Source: Welwitschia mirabilis | Lineage: Eukaryota | DNA length: 35,675 nucleotides | Direction of reading: 5' to 3' | Assembly: GCA_051453625.1 (NCBI GenBank) | Contig: JBOZIK010000001.1 | Location: 16,265,832-16,301,506 of the forward strand | In this document: positions 21,805-34,163 of the stretch, in pieces | Layout of the letters: each line of letters opens with the position of its first letter | How positions within the stretch are numbered: the stretch's first letter is position 1 | Program-made: the position numbers and the translations under genes | The notes under the pieces: model-generated | Database searches by the model: none | Seen by the model: only the letters and a program-made list of their open reading frames with translations | Told to the model about the DNA's origin: nothing

Positions 21805-23951
21805 TAGGCCAAAAAGATACCTTTTGTATATATTTGTTAGTACAATAACTTCTTTCCAAAAAACAAGCTAATTTGTTTAGCCTTTTTTTTAAAAAATACA
21901 TTAACATGAAAAAAAATATCAAGATTTTAAATGTGTTGCAAGAGATATGATTTTTACTTCTTATTCATCAAAGGTCATTTTTGTTATTCCTTTGTTTGTG
22001 TTTTTAAAATCTTTAGAGAAATCTGCATGCATTATTTTACCACATTAGCCATAAAAAATCACTATGAGTTAATCTTAAGGAACTTGAAAATTTTCGGTCT
22101 ACATGTTTATGCTAAATATTATGATCAACAATAATTAGAAGTTTTAAGAATAACAAGAAAAATTTTGATTCTAAAATAGAGATGGAGATCATGTACTTAT
22201 CATTTTCATGTTCTTCATCTAATATAGATTTATTCCAAACAATGGCTTTTAAAAGGCTGTTTGAGAGATCTCACTATAACAAAGAGTATGATTCTATAAA
22301 TGGCTATAAATTGAAATGAATGATAACTAAGTTTACTTTTATAAGCATAGAAGAATAACTGCAATTAGTGTAAACTAGGGTCCAAAAATGTAAAACATCA
22401 TTACATAATTAAAAAAAATACCTAGGGATCTTCAAATCTCATGTGTTCAAATGCAATCAAGAATATGTTCAAATGGAATACTAAATATGAAAGCACTTGC
22501 ATATCACAACTAGTGTGTAGAGAAACGAAATAAATTAGAATTAATGCTTGGCATGAAAAGAGATATTCACAAATAGTTTATTGCTCTATTTTGGAACTAC
22601 ATAAAGAAAAAACTCCATGTACATGAAAGCTATAAAGCACTCTAATAGAGGAACATTGAATATTAAGACATCATGCAAGAAATGTACACATGCAAAAACT
22701 ATACTTCAAGGATGACAATTTCAGTCAAGAATAAGATATATTCTAACTCATAGAAAGCAAAGAAAAAATCATATATTCTTTCAATATAAATTTTAAGAAT
22801 TAATAAAAAGACACTGTAAGTTATTCATCAGTAAATGAAAGAGAGGACACACAACAGGGAAGAGGCTTACTATTATAAAAGGCTATGGAAATTTGAAAAA
22901 TAATAAGGATGAGAATGTCTTAGTATCAAAAGCCCTGACACTATTGTCACTGTAAAAATACCAACTGGGTAAGGAAGAATAAATATAATGTAAACATAGT
23001 ATTCACAGATAATAGTTTTTATCGTTGATATGACTTATCCTTGATGAAAACCCTAAGATGCTACCCAATAAGTAAGCTGCAATTAGTAAATAGTTCTAGG
23101 GGACACAAATGAGGGAAGAAGATTGCTATTATATATACAAGATAAGAAGTTAGTTTCTCTTTATTTGTTCATTAACTTTCAAAATAATAATAAGTTAGTT
23201 TCTTATACTAATATCTAATTATTTTAAAATGTTTTTTGAAATCTGTTTTTGCATTAAGTTCTTCCTCCTTGCTTCTTACTTTTCAAAATTATTGTTTGCA
23301 TGGTGGAAACTTATCCACTATTCTATGCCCTTATTAGCTAGGGATTCTCCCCTTCTTTTCAAGTTTCTAACAATCTCCATCTCTTCCTTTTACTTTCATC
23401 TAATGTTCTTTCTCCTTTATAACACTTCACCCCAATGTTGTAGCAATGGCATTAGATGCATTGTCCACATCTGCAACAGTGCCCTTAGTGCAGATCTTCA
23501 TCCATGATAGTGCTTGTAGCACCTTTCTTCATCCACAGAAGTGTCACAACACCCCTTTTTTCAACATTTGCATTTTAAAATGTTGCCAAAACCTTGCAAC
23601 ATCTCCCCATGGCATCTCTCATTAGGCACTTTCTCAATGCCTTCTCCAAACATTGGGCATTCACAATGGTATAAGCCAATACTAAAGAAAATTAGCTTCT
23701 ATATATCAGCCCATTAATTTACCTCTTTAAAGGATAGAAAGTAAATACATTTTCTTAAGGAGAGTATTTTGTTCAAAATGGGTTTTCAATGTCATTTGCT
23801 TTTAAGGTTTGAATTTGTTAAGGGGAATTTACAGGCTATTTCTATTTCTATTAAATCATGATTGTTTTGAGTTTTCTTCTTGCTTACTTTCATAGGTTGA
23901 GGGTTTTCCTACTTGAAAATAGAGTCTTATCATTTCCTATTAAGACATCTT

Positions 23952-24094
23952 NNNNNNNNNNNNNNNNNNNNNNNNNNNNNNNNNNNNNNNNNNNNNNNNN
24001 NNNNNNNNNNNNNNNNNNNNNNNNNNNNNNNNNNNNNNNNNNNNNNNNNNNNNNNNNNNNNNNNNNNNNNNNNNNNNNNNNNNNNNNNNNNNNN
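23952..24094. other. Assembly gap (143 N)
   Basis: Run of N. Confidence 1.
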
Positions 24095-24779
24095 GATCCT
24101 ATGATTTTTGCAAAGTGGTGCTTCAGTGTTTAATGATGGTTTTCCTTTCATAATATTAACAATAGCTATTCTTCCTTTCTCATAGTACTATAGGAGAGTT
24201 TCCTTTATAAATGGATAAGCAAGCCAACATTAATACTTTTAGGGATTTTTGGTTAACTTTCATGTTTTCCTTAATATGATGCTCATAGTACCATCCTACT
24301 AGCTGAAAAATTACATAGAAGTGCTATCATAGATAGGGATTTTATCCAACCTGTATGTTTTAATTTTAACCTCTTCTTCTTGTTGTGTAGGGTAATTTTT
24401 TTAATTAAATATTTTTTAACAAAAAGGAAGAAAGCATCCATCTTATATATTAGTTTATCGATGCTTTTGTCTTACTATGTTTATCCTAGAAAGAGATTAA
24501 ATCAAAGGGAAGTAATGCCTAAAGGCCTTTCATAGGTGATTCCAGTGGTCTAAAAGTTACAAATAATTGAAGAGAGTGATCAAAATGCTGCAAACCATAA
24601 GAGTGAAAATAAAACTAACATTAGAGACACATTCTAATACATTAGAGACCCTCTTTCTATGCTTTTCTATTTCTCACCTCAGTACATACAAAAACCCAAA
24701 ACAAATAATAAATCCTTTTTTAATATGCATAAGAAAACAATTTGGGGCTATGACATTCTACTAGAAAAACTAATGGTCA

Positions 24780-27330
24780 TGCCCGCGAAAATCTCCCTAG
24801 CAGAAGGGTGCTCTCTCTTAGGCCTCTTGTTCTTTCCTTAATACTTCTTTGTCCACTACAGAATTTGACCACTTTTTTAATTAGAAAATCCCTAAAACTA
24901 CTAAGTAATATATAGATATATTGAAAACTAGAAAATAAATAAACATTTACCTCTTCATGAAGTTTCTCATAACACCTTCTAAAATGTTCTAGTCATTACC
25001 CCCTTCCCTATGAGGGTTTCTGGTGTAGAAATGACACTTGGTCCACTCTCAAATAAAGCCTATACATTTATAAGTCCCTTCAAACATCATCTTTACATAG
25101 TACCAAGTTACATAAAAAGTAGTTTAGATGAAGATCTTACATAAGAAATTGCCTTCTCCATGTTAATTATTTGTCGATCTACATACTCAAGCTTTTCTAT
25201 TAGAAAAGATACTTTAGCCTCTGTGGATGCCTCCATCTCAATAGTGCATACAAGAGCTACTTCTATGGGCTTTTTCTTAGCTTGGAGATAAAACATCTAC
25301 TCCACCTTTCTATCTATTTCAGATGAGATTGATGATTTTACCTATAAACATGGATTTTGTATTGAAGCTTTCTAAATGTCTTCTGGTGCACAAGTATTAG
25401 ACATTAGAATATTTGCAGCATTAAGTTTGTTGATGACTGTTTCCTTCTTTGACAAGAGTTTGTTAAGAAGTATTTATAAAGAAGAAATCTTATTACCTTT
25501 GATATCAATTTGCTACCTTAGATTGACCATGTCTATGTGATTCTTCTCAAGGAGCACAGGTACTCGACTAACTTAATGACCTTTGTTAATTTCTCTTCTT
25601 CAATAATAGTGGAGCCCTTGAGTTGCTCACCATAATGGATGTTGTTGTAGGGATTTGAGATTTGGTTCTTTAACTCTATGGTATCTTCTTTAGATGTTAT
25701 ACCATTTATATTCTTGACTAGAAAAGATTTATTCTTTGCTCCCTCCTCCATAACTTTTTGACATTCTCTTTTTCTTGCATGGACTTCTCATACATGTCAA
25801 TCAATCTTTCATTCTCTTTTGGCATTCTCTTTAATTTCATTTTAAACTCTTCCACCTCCATCCTTAACTAGATAATCTCTCTTTCTGTTTATTCATCTTG
25901 AACTTGCTAGATTAGTCTATTATCTATTCCTTCTACTATAGAATGTCCAAACTCATGAGGCCCTTAGAGACCTTGATAATTTTTAATTATTTTAGATTTT
26001 TGATGGACTCTTCAGATTGATTTAGTCTTTCCATGAAATCTTGATATTATTCTGATAATCTTTCCTTTTCTTCAGATATATGCTACTATTTGGATTTAAG
26101 CTCAATAATTTTATTGCTACTGACAGCTAAGAGATCATCCTAGAAACCGTCAAAAGAAAATGATTTGTCTGACTAGAAAGAACACTTTTTATGTTCATCT
26201 TTTCTATTAAGATCTTCTATCTCTTTATTTATCAATGAAATCTATTCTTTGGCATTCTGTAAAGATGCCTCCAGATTTTTATCTTGCTTCATTAGCTCCT
26301 CCCTATCTTGCAAATAGTTTTCATACATGCCAATAAATCTTTCATTATCTTCAACTGATTACTTCAACATTTTGCGTAGGTTGTCACGTTCCCTAGCAAG
26401 ATGAATGACAGTTTCTTGAGCTTCTACTTCATGTTGGCTAATAGCATTATTACTTCAACTAAATCCTTTATATCCTTTTATGTGCTATGCCCATATTTAA
26501 GTGGAGCCTTACCTTGCATCTCGTTACCATAAACCTCAGAGTTTATGAACCCTATTTTTCTTGTATCTGATCTTTTTAGTCTTTTATTTTTTACCATTAA
26601 ATCTTTAACTTGTGTATAAAACATATTTAGTTAGTGTAAATTCTACTAATATTTTTTAAGTGCCTTAACCTAAAACCAACTAGTTACGAGGGCAATAACC
26701 TTTCCAATTTTTCTAGGAGAAAACACTTTTCTTACATTAAAAATCCAATACACTTTGCAAATCCCAATGAAAATGTAGAGAATTTAAAAACGCAAATAAT
26801 TACAAATCTTAATAGTAAAAGTGTAGAAAATTACAAACCCTAATAAAAACATAAAGAACTTAGTCAGTATTAGTATTTGCAGAGTACCATATCTCGAAGA
26901 TGGACTAATCAAAGGTAGTTTCAGAGGCCTCTTGTTCATTTTCCTGAAGAATGCTCTGCAAGTCATCCATAATCACATTCTTCTTAAGAAGCTTCATAAG
27001 CTTATCATAGTTACCTGAACCCTCATTCTTGGCTATCTTGGTATATTCCTTTAGAGACTTCTTGCTTTCAATTCCAAGTTTCTTATAAGAAATCTTATTA
27101 TCCTCTTCATGCACTCTAGACCATTTTTTAGGATCTTGTAACATAGCAACCACTGAAGAACCCTAATCACATGGCAAATTTCATCACAAATATAAGAATA
27201 AAATGTCCATTAATCTTTTAAGGATTACCTTCATTGTTTTTACCTTAAAGAAACAGTTGCAATGTTACCTTTTCCTTTAGATTTATCCACTTCCCTAGTA
27301 CTATTAAATGTTGTAGACTCTGAATCAATT
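24780..27330 (-). pseudogene. Decayed multi-exon gene for a K/E-rich, coiled-coil-like protein inside the CACTA (family not recognised)
   Basis: Minus-strand ORF fragments 25108-25296, 25533-25751 and 26905-27153, with purine-rich coding-like sequence 25750-26450. GT donor-like sites at ~24950, ~26512 and ~27228 with T-rich intervening sequence. Confidence 0.5.
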
Positions 27331-27649
27331 CAAATTGTTTAATAGGTATGCTTTTAAAGGTATTCCTAAGCATTACAATAAAAGAATAAATGTGTTTAGT
27401 CTTTTAGATCAATAGAAGGAGAGGATGAAAAATAGAGAGAAGGAAGCATTAAGAGAGCACATACTTTAAACGCAGAGGGTGCACCATTTTCATGGTGAGA
27501 TAAACATGAAGTTGTATTAGAAAGTAGAGAAATGCAGACAGATGCAGCAAAGCTAGACATGCATTTTAATAAAAGATGCACATTTAACAAAAGAAAAGAT
27601 GTGCATCTTAACAAAAAATGCATGTTAGTTTTTTTTTACTTTTTTAATT

Positions 27650-27890
27650 ATGCTTTTAAGGCATTTGGCTTTTAAATGCCTTACAAAATGAAAAATATTT
27701 CTTCTTAAAAGTTTTAAGGGTTTTTTTTAAAGATTAAGTTGTTTAAGGCATTCTTTTCATAAACACCTTAAAATAAATTTGAAGAGGGCTCTTAAGGCAT
27801 TTTCATAGAAACATGCATTAAAAAGAGTTTCATTAATGTTTGCTCTATACTTAAGGCATTGATTAAAATAAATGCCTTAAAAGTTGATAT
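27650..27890. repeat. CACTA right subterminal repeats
   Basis: TTTTAAGGCATTT, AAATGCCTTA, TTTAAGGCATTC, AAACACCTTAAAA, CTTAAGGCATTT. Confidence 0.9.
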
Positions 27891-27901
27891 TTCTAGCAGT
27901 G

Positions 27902-30900
27902 ACAATAATGTTGTTTACATCACACATAAGTTTAAAATACTTATTCTAATTCAAACCTATGATAATAGGCATAAAAGAAATGCTTTTATTAAGTGTATTA
28001 AATACAAGTTAATGTAATTCATTCCAATTAAATTTAGCATCTTTTTCAACTAAGGAGTAAAGTGGTTTATAAATTTTTATATAATTATGAATAAAAAGAT
28101 GGTAGAAACTAGCATGATTAAGGAATTATCTAACTTGTTTATCATTAGTTGGATGGCTAAGGTTTTTAATGGTATCAACTTTTGTAGTATCCATATTAAT
28201 CCCTTCTTTTGAAATGTGATGATCTAAAACAATTTTATGATTAATAAGGAGAAAGCTCTTTTCCCAATTCAAATGTAAGGCACTTTCTATACATTGATTC
28301 AAGACATTTTCTAATCTTTCTATGGTCTGTTCAAAATTTTCACAAAAGATGGAAAAGTATAAAGATTTTAATAAAGTCATCTATCATGTCAAAAAGGATC
28401 CTCATCATAGCTCATTAAAAGGTTTAAGGGGAATTTCATAGTCTAAACAACATTTGTCTAAAGGAAAAGATTCTAAAGAGTAAGATAAAAGGTTGTTTTG
28501 ATTTGATCCTTACTTGCTATGCAAATTTGATTATAATAACTATACTCATCAAGAAAACAGTAGTAGACATGACCTTGGATTCTATTAAGTACTTTATTAA
28601 GAAAGGATAAAGGGCAATTATCCTTTTTAGTAACCTCATTAAGTTTTTTAAAATCAATTCACCTTCTTCATTTTCCCCTCTTCTTTGGAACTACTGACAA
28701 AGGGCTAATCCACTTACTATTAGATATGGCATATATCATCTTGATATCCATAATTTTAATAATGTCATCTTTAGCTATCTGCTTAAGGGCTAGGTTGAGT
28801 CTTTTCTAAGGTTTTCTAATAGGTCTAGCATTATATTTAATGTAAATCTTGTGTTAAACTATGTAATGAATAATGGTAGCTAAGTATTTATGAGTCTAAG
28901 CAAAGGCATCTTCTTTAGAAGTTAAGAGTAAGATCAAGATGAATTCTTATTAAGGAGTTAGATAGTCACTTCTTATCAAGTGTTTATTTAGATTATCAAA
29001 TAGAAAAATATATTTCAAACCTTCAAGTAATTTCTTAAGTTGTAAGTTGAAATTTTTAGCTATCATCCCATGTATCGTAAGGACGATAGACATGAAACAA
29101 CTCTCTACAAAAAGATTTTCGAAAGAGTGAATATGTTAAGTTTCTTCCTACTCAATGTATTATTTATCCTTAGACTCAAGATAATCTATTTTAATTAGGT
29201 CATCATATAAAGTTGGTTCATGTGGCATGATTAATCTCTCCTTAATTGGTCGATGTTGTAAAAAAAAGGTTGGTTTCAATTCTTCTTGTAAATCAAACTC
29301 ATCTCCTATGTTGTTTTTAGTAGCATCAAAAACTCAAATGGTAAACTTTTTATTGCCTATGTAACATTCTATCATCTTAATTCATGTTTCAATAATAGAA
29401 TGGACAATTTACAAAAGGCTCTTTCTAACATAAGTGTATAACCTCCATCATGTGCTACCTCAATGATAACCACATCTATGGGGTAAAAGGCTTTTTCAAT
29501 TTGAATTACTAATTCCTTAATAATATCTATTGGCTTCCTAATTAAAGTATCAACCAATTTTGAGATAATTCATGTAGGTCCTATTCTATTTTTCAACCTA
29601 AGTTTATACATATGTGTAGGCATGATTTTCACACTAGCTCCTATGCCAATTAAAGCTTTTAAAATTATTTTGTTTTCTTCCAAAATGATACTCATAGTTG
29701 CAACTCCAGTGTCTTTAAATTTAGGACACTTTTTCATGACTAAGTTGGAAATGGATTAAGTAAGAAAAACTTTGCTAGTGATGGTATGTTTTTATTTTCT
29801 TCTTGCTAAGTCCTTCCACAACTTAGAATATTTAGGGTTTTCTTACAAGGGTTTCCAAAACGACAAGTTGATATTAACTTCTTTCATCAAGGATTTTAAG
29901 TGTTCATCAAAGATAGTATTTCTATTTCATTGATCAAGAAAAGGAGTATATGGTTTCTTCCCTTTATTTTTCTGTAATGTTTTCCTATGAGAGGTTTTAG
30001 CATGTGATGTTAACGGGAGGTTGTATAAGACCAAAATTATTACATCATCTTCTTCATGTATTTTATTGATTTTGAAAGTTAACACCTTATGAATAGGAGG
30101 TATTATATCATTTCCACTTCTTGTTACTATTTTTAAATATTTCTTGACTTCATTTGGATTGGGTAAAGGTTGAGATGTAAGAGACCCTTATGGTTTTTAA
30201 TTCGTAAGCATTATTTGTTAAAGCACATTCACCAAGTTTCAATGTTGTTATTAGCCTTTTCTTACACCTTCTTCATTTTGTCTATGGATTCTCTAAGTGG
30301 ATTAGTTTGATTTTGTTAAAAATTAGGTTAAAAATTTAAATTATTAAATCTAATTTGTGAAAGGTTTCCATTGATATTATTCATGTACTCTTTGTTGAAA
30401 TTATGATTGGATTTTAGATTTAAGTGTCCTTTGATTGAAAGCACAAACTTCCTCAAACATCCTATCCTTACCAGTTGGTAATAAAGGATATTCTTTAGTT
30501 GGATGAGAGTTGTTTTCACAAATTTCATAAGTTAAATTTGAGATTTCATCCTTTACTACTTTTGCATTCACTATCCTTTGTGTATACTTCTCTAAAGTGG
30601 TAGAAAGATCTTTAATCAAGTTGGTTGAATCACGTCTTTCTTCTTCTTGTCTTGTTTAACCTCCTTTAAATCTTTTATGATTTGACATATGATTTAATTT
30701 TCTTTAGTGGATTTAGGCCAAGTATGACTTATTCCTACTAGGTTTTTCAACACACTCCATAATTATTATAACACTATTTTCAACAAGTTGCCTCCACAAG
30801 AAAAATTTACAAGTTGTTTAGTTTGATAATCCAATCCATTATAGAAACAATTAATTAACTCTTTCTTATAGCATTTATCAATAGGGTTGGAATTGCTAGA

Positions 30901-31400
30901 TATGATAAAATATTCATAAGTTATGGCATAATCCTCATGAAGTTGTTATTGAAAGTTGGCCACTTTCTTTCTTCTTTTTTTCATGGAACTTTCACTCAAA
31001 AATTGTTTGATAAAAACCCCTTACACTTGATTCCATGACTTAAGACTCTTATGTAGAATGGTTTTAAGCCAAAATTTTACCCTTTTTCTAAGTGTGACTA
31101 GAAAAATAATCATGTAGATATGATCACTAATACAATTCTTCCCATTTCCTGAGGTAAGCACAAGTTGTTCAATGCTGGCTAAATGTTGAAAAGGGTCCTC
31201 CTCAGTTTCCCCCAAAAAAGTTGAATATGCACTCAAATTTCTTAATACTAAATCATCACCTAGGGGTTAAATCAAAGGGATTTCAAGTTTCACATTTTTT
31301 ATTAGCAATTAAATCTATAAGAGTAACATTTTCATTCATAGTATAAGTTCCTATTATAATTGGAGTATTAGATGAAGCAACTTACTTTTGTTTTTATGAC
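27902..31400 (-). pseudogene. Element E gag-pol, 5' part: gag, protease, reverse transcriptase, RNase H start
   Basis: gag FLGETEEDPFQHLASIEQL; zinc-finger remnant YEICENNSHPTKEYP; protease ALIGIGASVKIMP (~29620-29656, catalytic D>G); RT SKWISPLSVVPKK and RLENVLNQCIESALHLNWEKS...IVLDHHISKEGINMD; RH FKLMCDV. Upstream boundary approximate. Confidence 0.92.
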
Positions 31401-31685
31401 AATTTTGACATATTCAAAGAAGAAATAACACAATCTACTTCTATGATATAATTTTCTTTTGCAAAATCTAATTCTGAAATAATAAAAGTAGAAAAATATT
31501 CTTCTCTAATTCTTCTAATTAATATACCTGGGGTCTGTGTACCTAGATTTTGCTCATAGTTGAATAATCCTTCTCTTATGTTTTATTTAATTAGGTTTCA
31601 CTCTCTCTGATATTTCATATTTCTACTAGAATTTATCATATCTCTACATAATTGGACAATAAACAAGAACTGAAATAAAAAACAA

Positions 31686-31945
31686 CAGACTATCATCACC
31701 TAATTATGAGGACATAATAGAGAATGATGATCATAGAAATAGAAAATTAAACTCAGGTAAATATTATTAAAAGTAAAAAATCAAACTATCATCCTGGTTG
31801 TCATGGGGATGATAGAGAAGATGATAGTATTTTTATTACAGATCTAAAAACAAAAAGAAAATTTGTGAAAAAGAAAATAAATTCAAAAACTTAGAACTGT
31901 CATTCCCTATATCATGAAAATAATAGAGAGGATGACAGGGATATA
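31686..31945. repeat. Three ~100-bp-spaced imperfect palindromes in the 5' UTR of E
   Basis: ACTATCATCACCTAATTATGAGGACATAATAGAGAATGATGA; ACTATCATCCTGGTTGTCATGGGGATGATAGAGAAGATGATAGT; ACTGTCATTCCCTATATCATGAAAATAATAGAGAGGATGACAG. Confidence 0.75.
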
Positions 31946-32150
31946 ATAAATTTATTCTAATAGAACATTAGAAGATTTATTAAAATTAATATATTAGCTA
32001 TTTCTTCCTATGAACTATGGAAAATAAAAATTGTTGAAATAAATCTACTGAAGATATGCTAAAAATAGAGTACTATCTCAAATAAATAACCTAGATAGAA
32101 ATTCATGGTACTTATCTAGAGAGTGATAATCCTTTAGCTCCTTATGGCAT

Positions 32151-32168
32151 TCCTTGATAATAACAATA
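32151..32168 (-). other. Asp-tRNA-type PBS of element E, heavily decayed
   Basis: Plus strand TCCTTGATAATAACAATA vs expected TCCCCGGCAACGGCGCCA; all but one mismatch are C>T or G>A. Lies 3 bp from the LTR end. Confidence 0.65.
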
Positions 32169-32171
32169 AAA

Positions 32172-34163
32172 TATTCCAATGTTAATTTATGTAATTATTA
32201 AGTTGTTTAGGCAAAACTTGTAAATCATAATACTTGTAAAACACACACATTAGTATATACAGAAGTTAACTTGAATGTTATAATCTATTAATGGAACAAG
32301 CCTTAGAGTTAGAGAATTGATTTTAGAAAAGAATTTTTTTAGTCTTTTGTCTTTTAATAAATAAAAGTAAACAACAATGCAAAATGTAGTGCAAGATGAA
32401 AGATGAAATGGAATGAAATGAATTATAAATGGGATGAGTTCTATTTAGACTCTTAGTCCTTTTTTCATAAGAACTAGCTCTCTATAATTCAACTTAATTA
32501 AGAAGAGTTCACCGCTTATTCTAAACTAATGTAAACTATGAGATATGCCAAAGAGAATATGGAATGCAATACGAGATTGAAATAAAATAGAAATGCAAAT
32601 CTAAACTAACTAAGTTAATTTTAATAAAGGTAAACCTCATAATCAAAATAAATTATTAAACTACCAGTAAACTATAATCAACTTAAATCATAAGAGACAT
32701 AAACATAATTATAGTGAAAAAAGTATTTGAATTGATCATAAAAGTTTTACATCCACTTACAATAACGTAGTAGCTCCTCAATGGAGGATACTTATTCTAA
32801 TAAGGTAACTTCTCTCTATAGCTATGAGATGAATATCTTATCCTCCAATCTTCTATCACAAGAACATTAGATATAAAATATGCAAAGAAAAGTAAAGGAA
32901 AGGGAGGTTATTTATAATTTTATATTGAAGCTATAGAAGCTAAACTCTATAAGTTGGAGAAGAAACTCTAGTAGTCGAAATGGGTTGTATGACCCCATTA
33001 TGAAGATAAATATTTCCATAATAGAAAAATAGTTGTTATACTAACTATTATGAAATGACAATGGGAACATCACTTCATGTCAAAAGGTGGTCCATTAGCC
33101 TCAAGCCCTATAGTCAACTCCATAGCCTCCATTCATGTTAGCAGTGTTGTTGTCTTATCTTTCATGGAGATGACAGAGGGGACAATAGACTTATTTATCT
33201 TTAATATCAAAGATAAATCAGTCTTCTACATGGTACATTATTTGTTTAAAGTATGAAGTGTTATAATAAGCTTGAGAATCCTCCAAATTTGCTAATAATC
33301 NNNNNNNNNNNNNNNNNNNNNNNNNNNNNNNNNNNNNNNNNNNNNNNNNNNNNNNNNNNNNNNNNNNNNNNNNNNNNNNNNNNNNNNNNNNNNNNNNNNN
33401 NNNNNNNNNNNNNNNNNNNNNNNNNNNNNNNNNNNNNNNNNNNNNNNNNNNNNNNNNNNNNNNNNNNNNNNNNNNNNNNNNNNNNNNNNNNNNNNNNNNN
33501 NNNNNNNNNNNNNNNNNNNNNNNNNNNNNNNNNNNNNNNNNNNNNNNNNNNNNNNNNNNNNNNNNNNNNNNNNNNNNNNNNNNNNNNNNNNNNNNNNNNN
33601 NNNNNNNNNNNNNNNNNNNNNNNNNNNNNNNNNNNNNNNNNNNNNNNNNNNNNNNNNNNNNNNNNNNNNNNNNNNNNNNNNNNNNNNNNNNNNNNNNNNN
33701 NNNNNNNNNNNNNNNNNNNNNNNNNNNNNNNNNNNNNNNNNNNNNNNNNNNNNNNNNNNNNNNNNNNNNNNNNNNNNNNNNNNNNNNNNNNNNNNNNNNN
33801 NNNNNNNNNNNNNNNNNNNNNNNNNNNNNNNNNNNNNNNNNNNNNNNNNNNNNNNNNNNNNNNNNNNNNNNNNNNNNNNNNNNNNNNNNNNNNNNNNNNN
33901 NNNNNNNNNNNNNNNNNNNNNNNNNNNNNNNNNNNNNNNNNNNNNNNNNNNNNNNNNNNNNNNNNNNNNNNNNNNNNNNNNNNNNNNNNNNNNNNNNNNN
34001 NNNNNNNNNNNNNNNNNNNNNNNNNNNNNNNNNNNNNNNNNNNNNNNNNNNNNNNNNNNNNNNNNNNNNNNNNNNNNNNNNNNNNNNNNNNNNNNNCTAT
34101 ATAAAAGTCTTGCAAAAGCACTTAAAATAAATTATTAAATTTCCACAAATGATCATCGCAACA
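32172..34163 (-). repeat. 5' LTR of element E (spans N gap)
   Basis: Colinear with 14158-15405 on both sides of the gap; ends ATCGCAACA. Confidence 0.88.
33301..34096. other. Assembly gap (796 N)
   Basis: Run of N. Confidence 1.

Larger units (their letters stand above)
19189..27901. mobile_element. CACTA/EnSpm DNA transposon (8.7 kb, apparently non-autonomous) inserted in RNase H of E
   Basis: TIRs TACTATAAGAAATATAGGCTTTTAAGGCATTT and revcomp CACTGCTAGAAATATCAACTTTTAAGGCATTT (25/32 match), 3-bp TSD ACA (19186-19188, 27902-27904), and dense subterminal repeats. Removing it restores FKLMCDVNNIIVDGNLTK (cf. FELMCDASDYAVGAVLGQ). Confidence 0.93.
14158..34163 (-). mobile_element. Full-length degenerate Athila-like Ty3/gypsy LTR retrotransposon 'E' nested in gag of D
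   Basis: Paired LTRs 14158-15405 and 32172-34163 (TGTT...GCAACA), 5-bp TSD TCAAG (14153-14157) / TTAAG (34164-34168), PBS 32151-32168, and gag-PR-RT-RH-IN order on the minus strand. D gag resumes at 34164. Confidence 0.9.

Noticed and set aside
23229..23507. 92-aa hydrophobic plus-strand ORF as a membrane protein
   Set aside because: F/L/S richness reflects the pyrimidine-rich strand; any coding signal is more likely on the minus strand.
32032..32040. TGTTG at 32032 as the end of E's 5' LTR
   Set aside because: Homology with the other LTR, the TSD and the PBS all place the boundary at 32172.
33253..34121. 283-aa and 286-aa ORFs
   Set aside because: Almost entirely N-gap; artefacts. The same applies to ORFs at 7340-7607 and 23858-24151.
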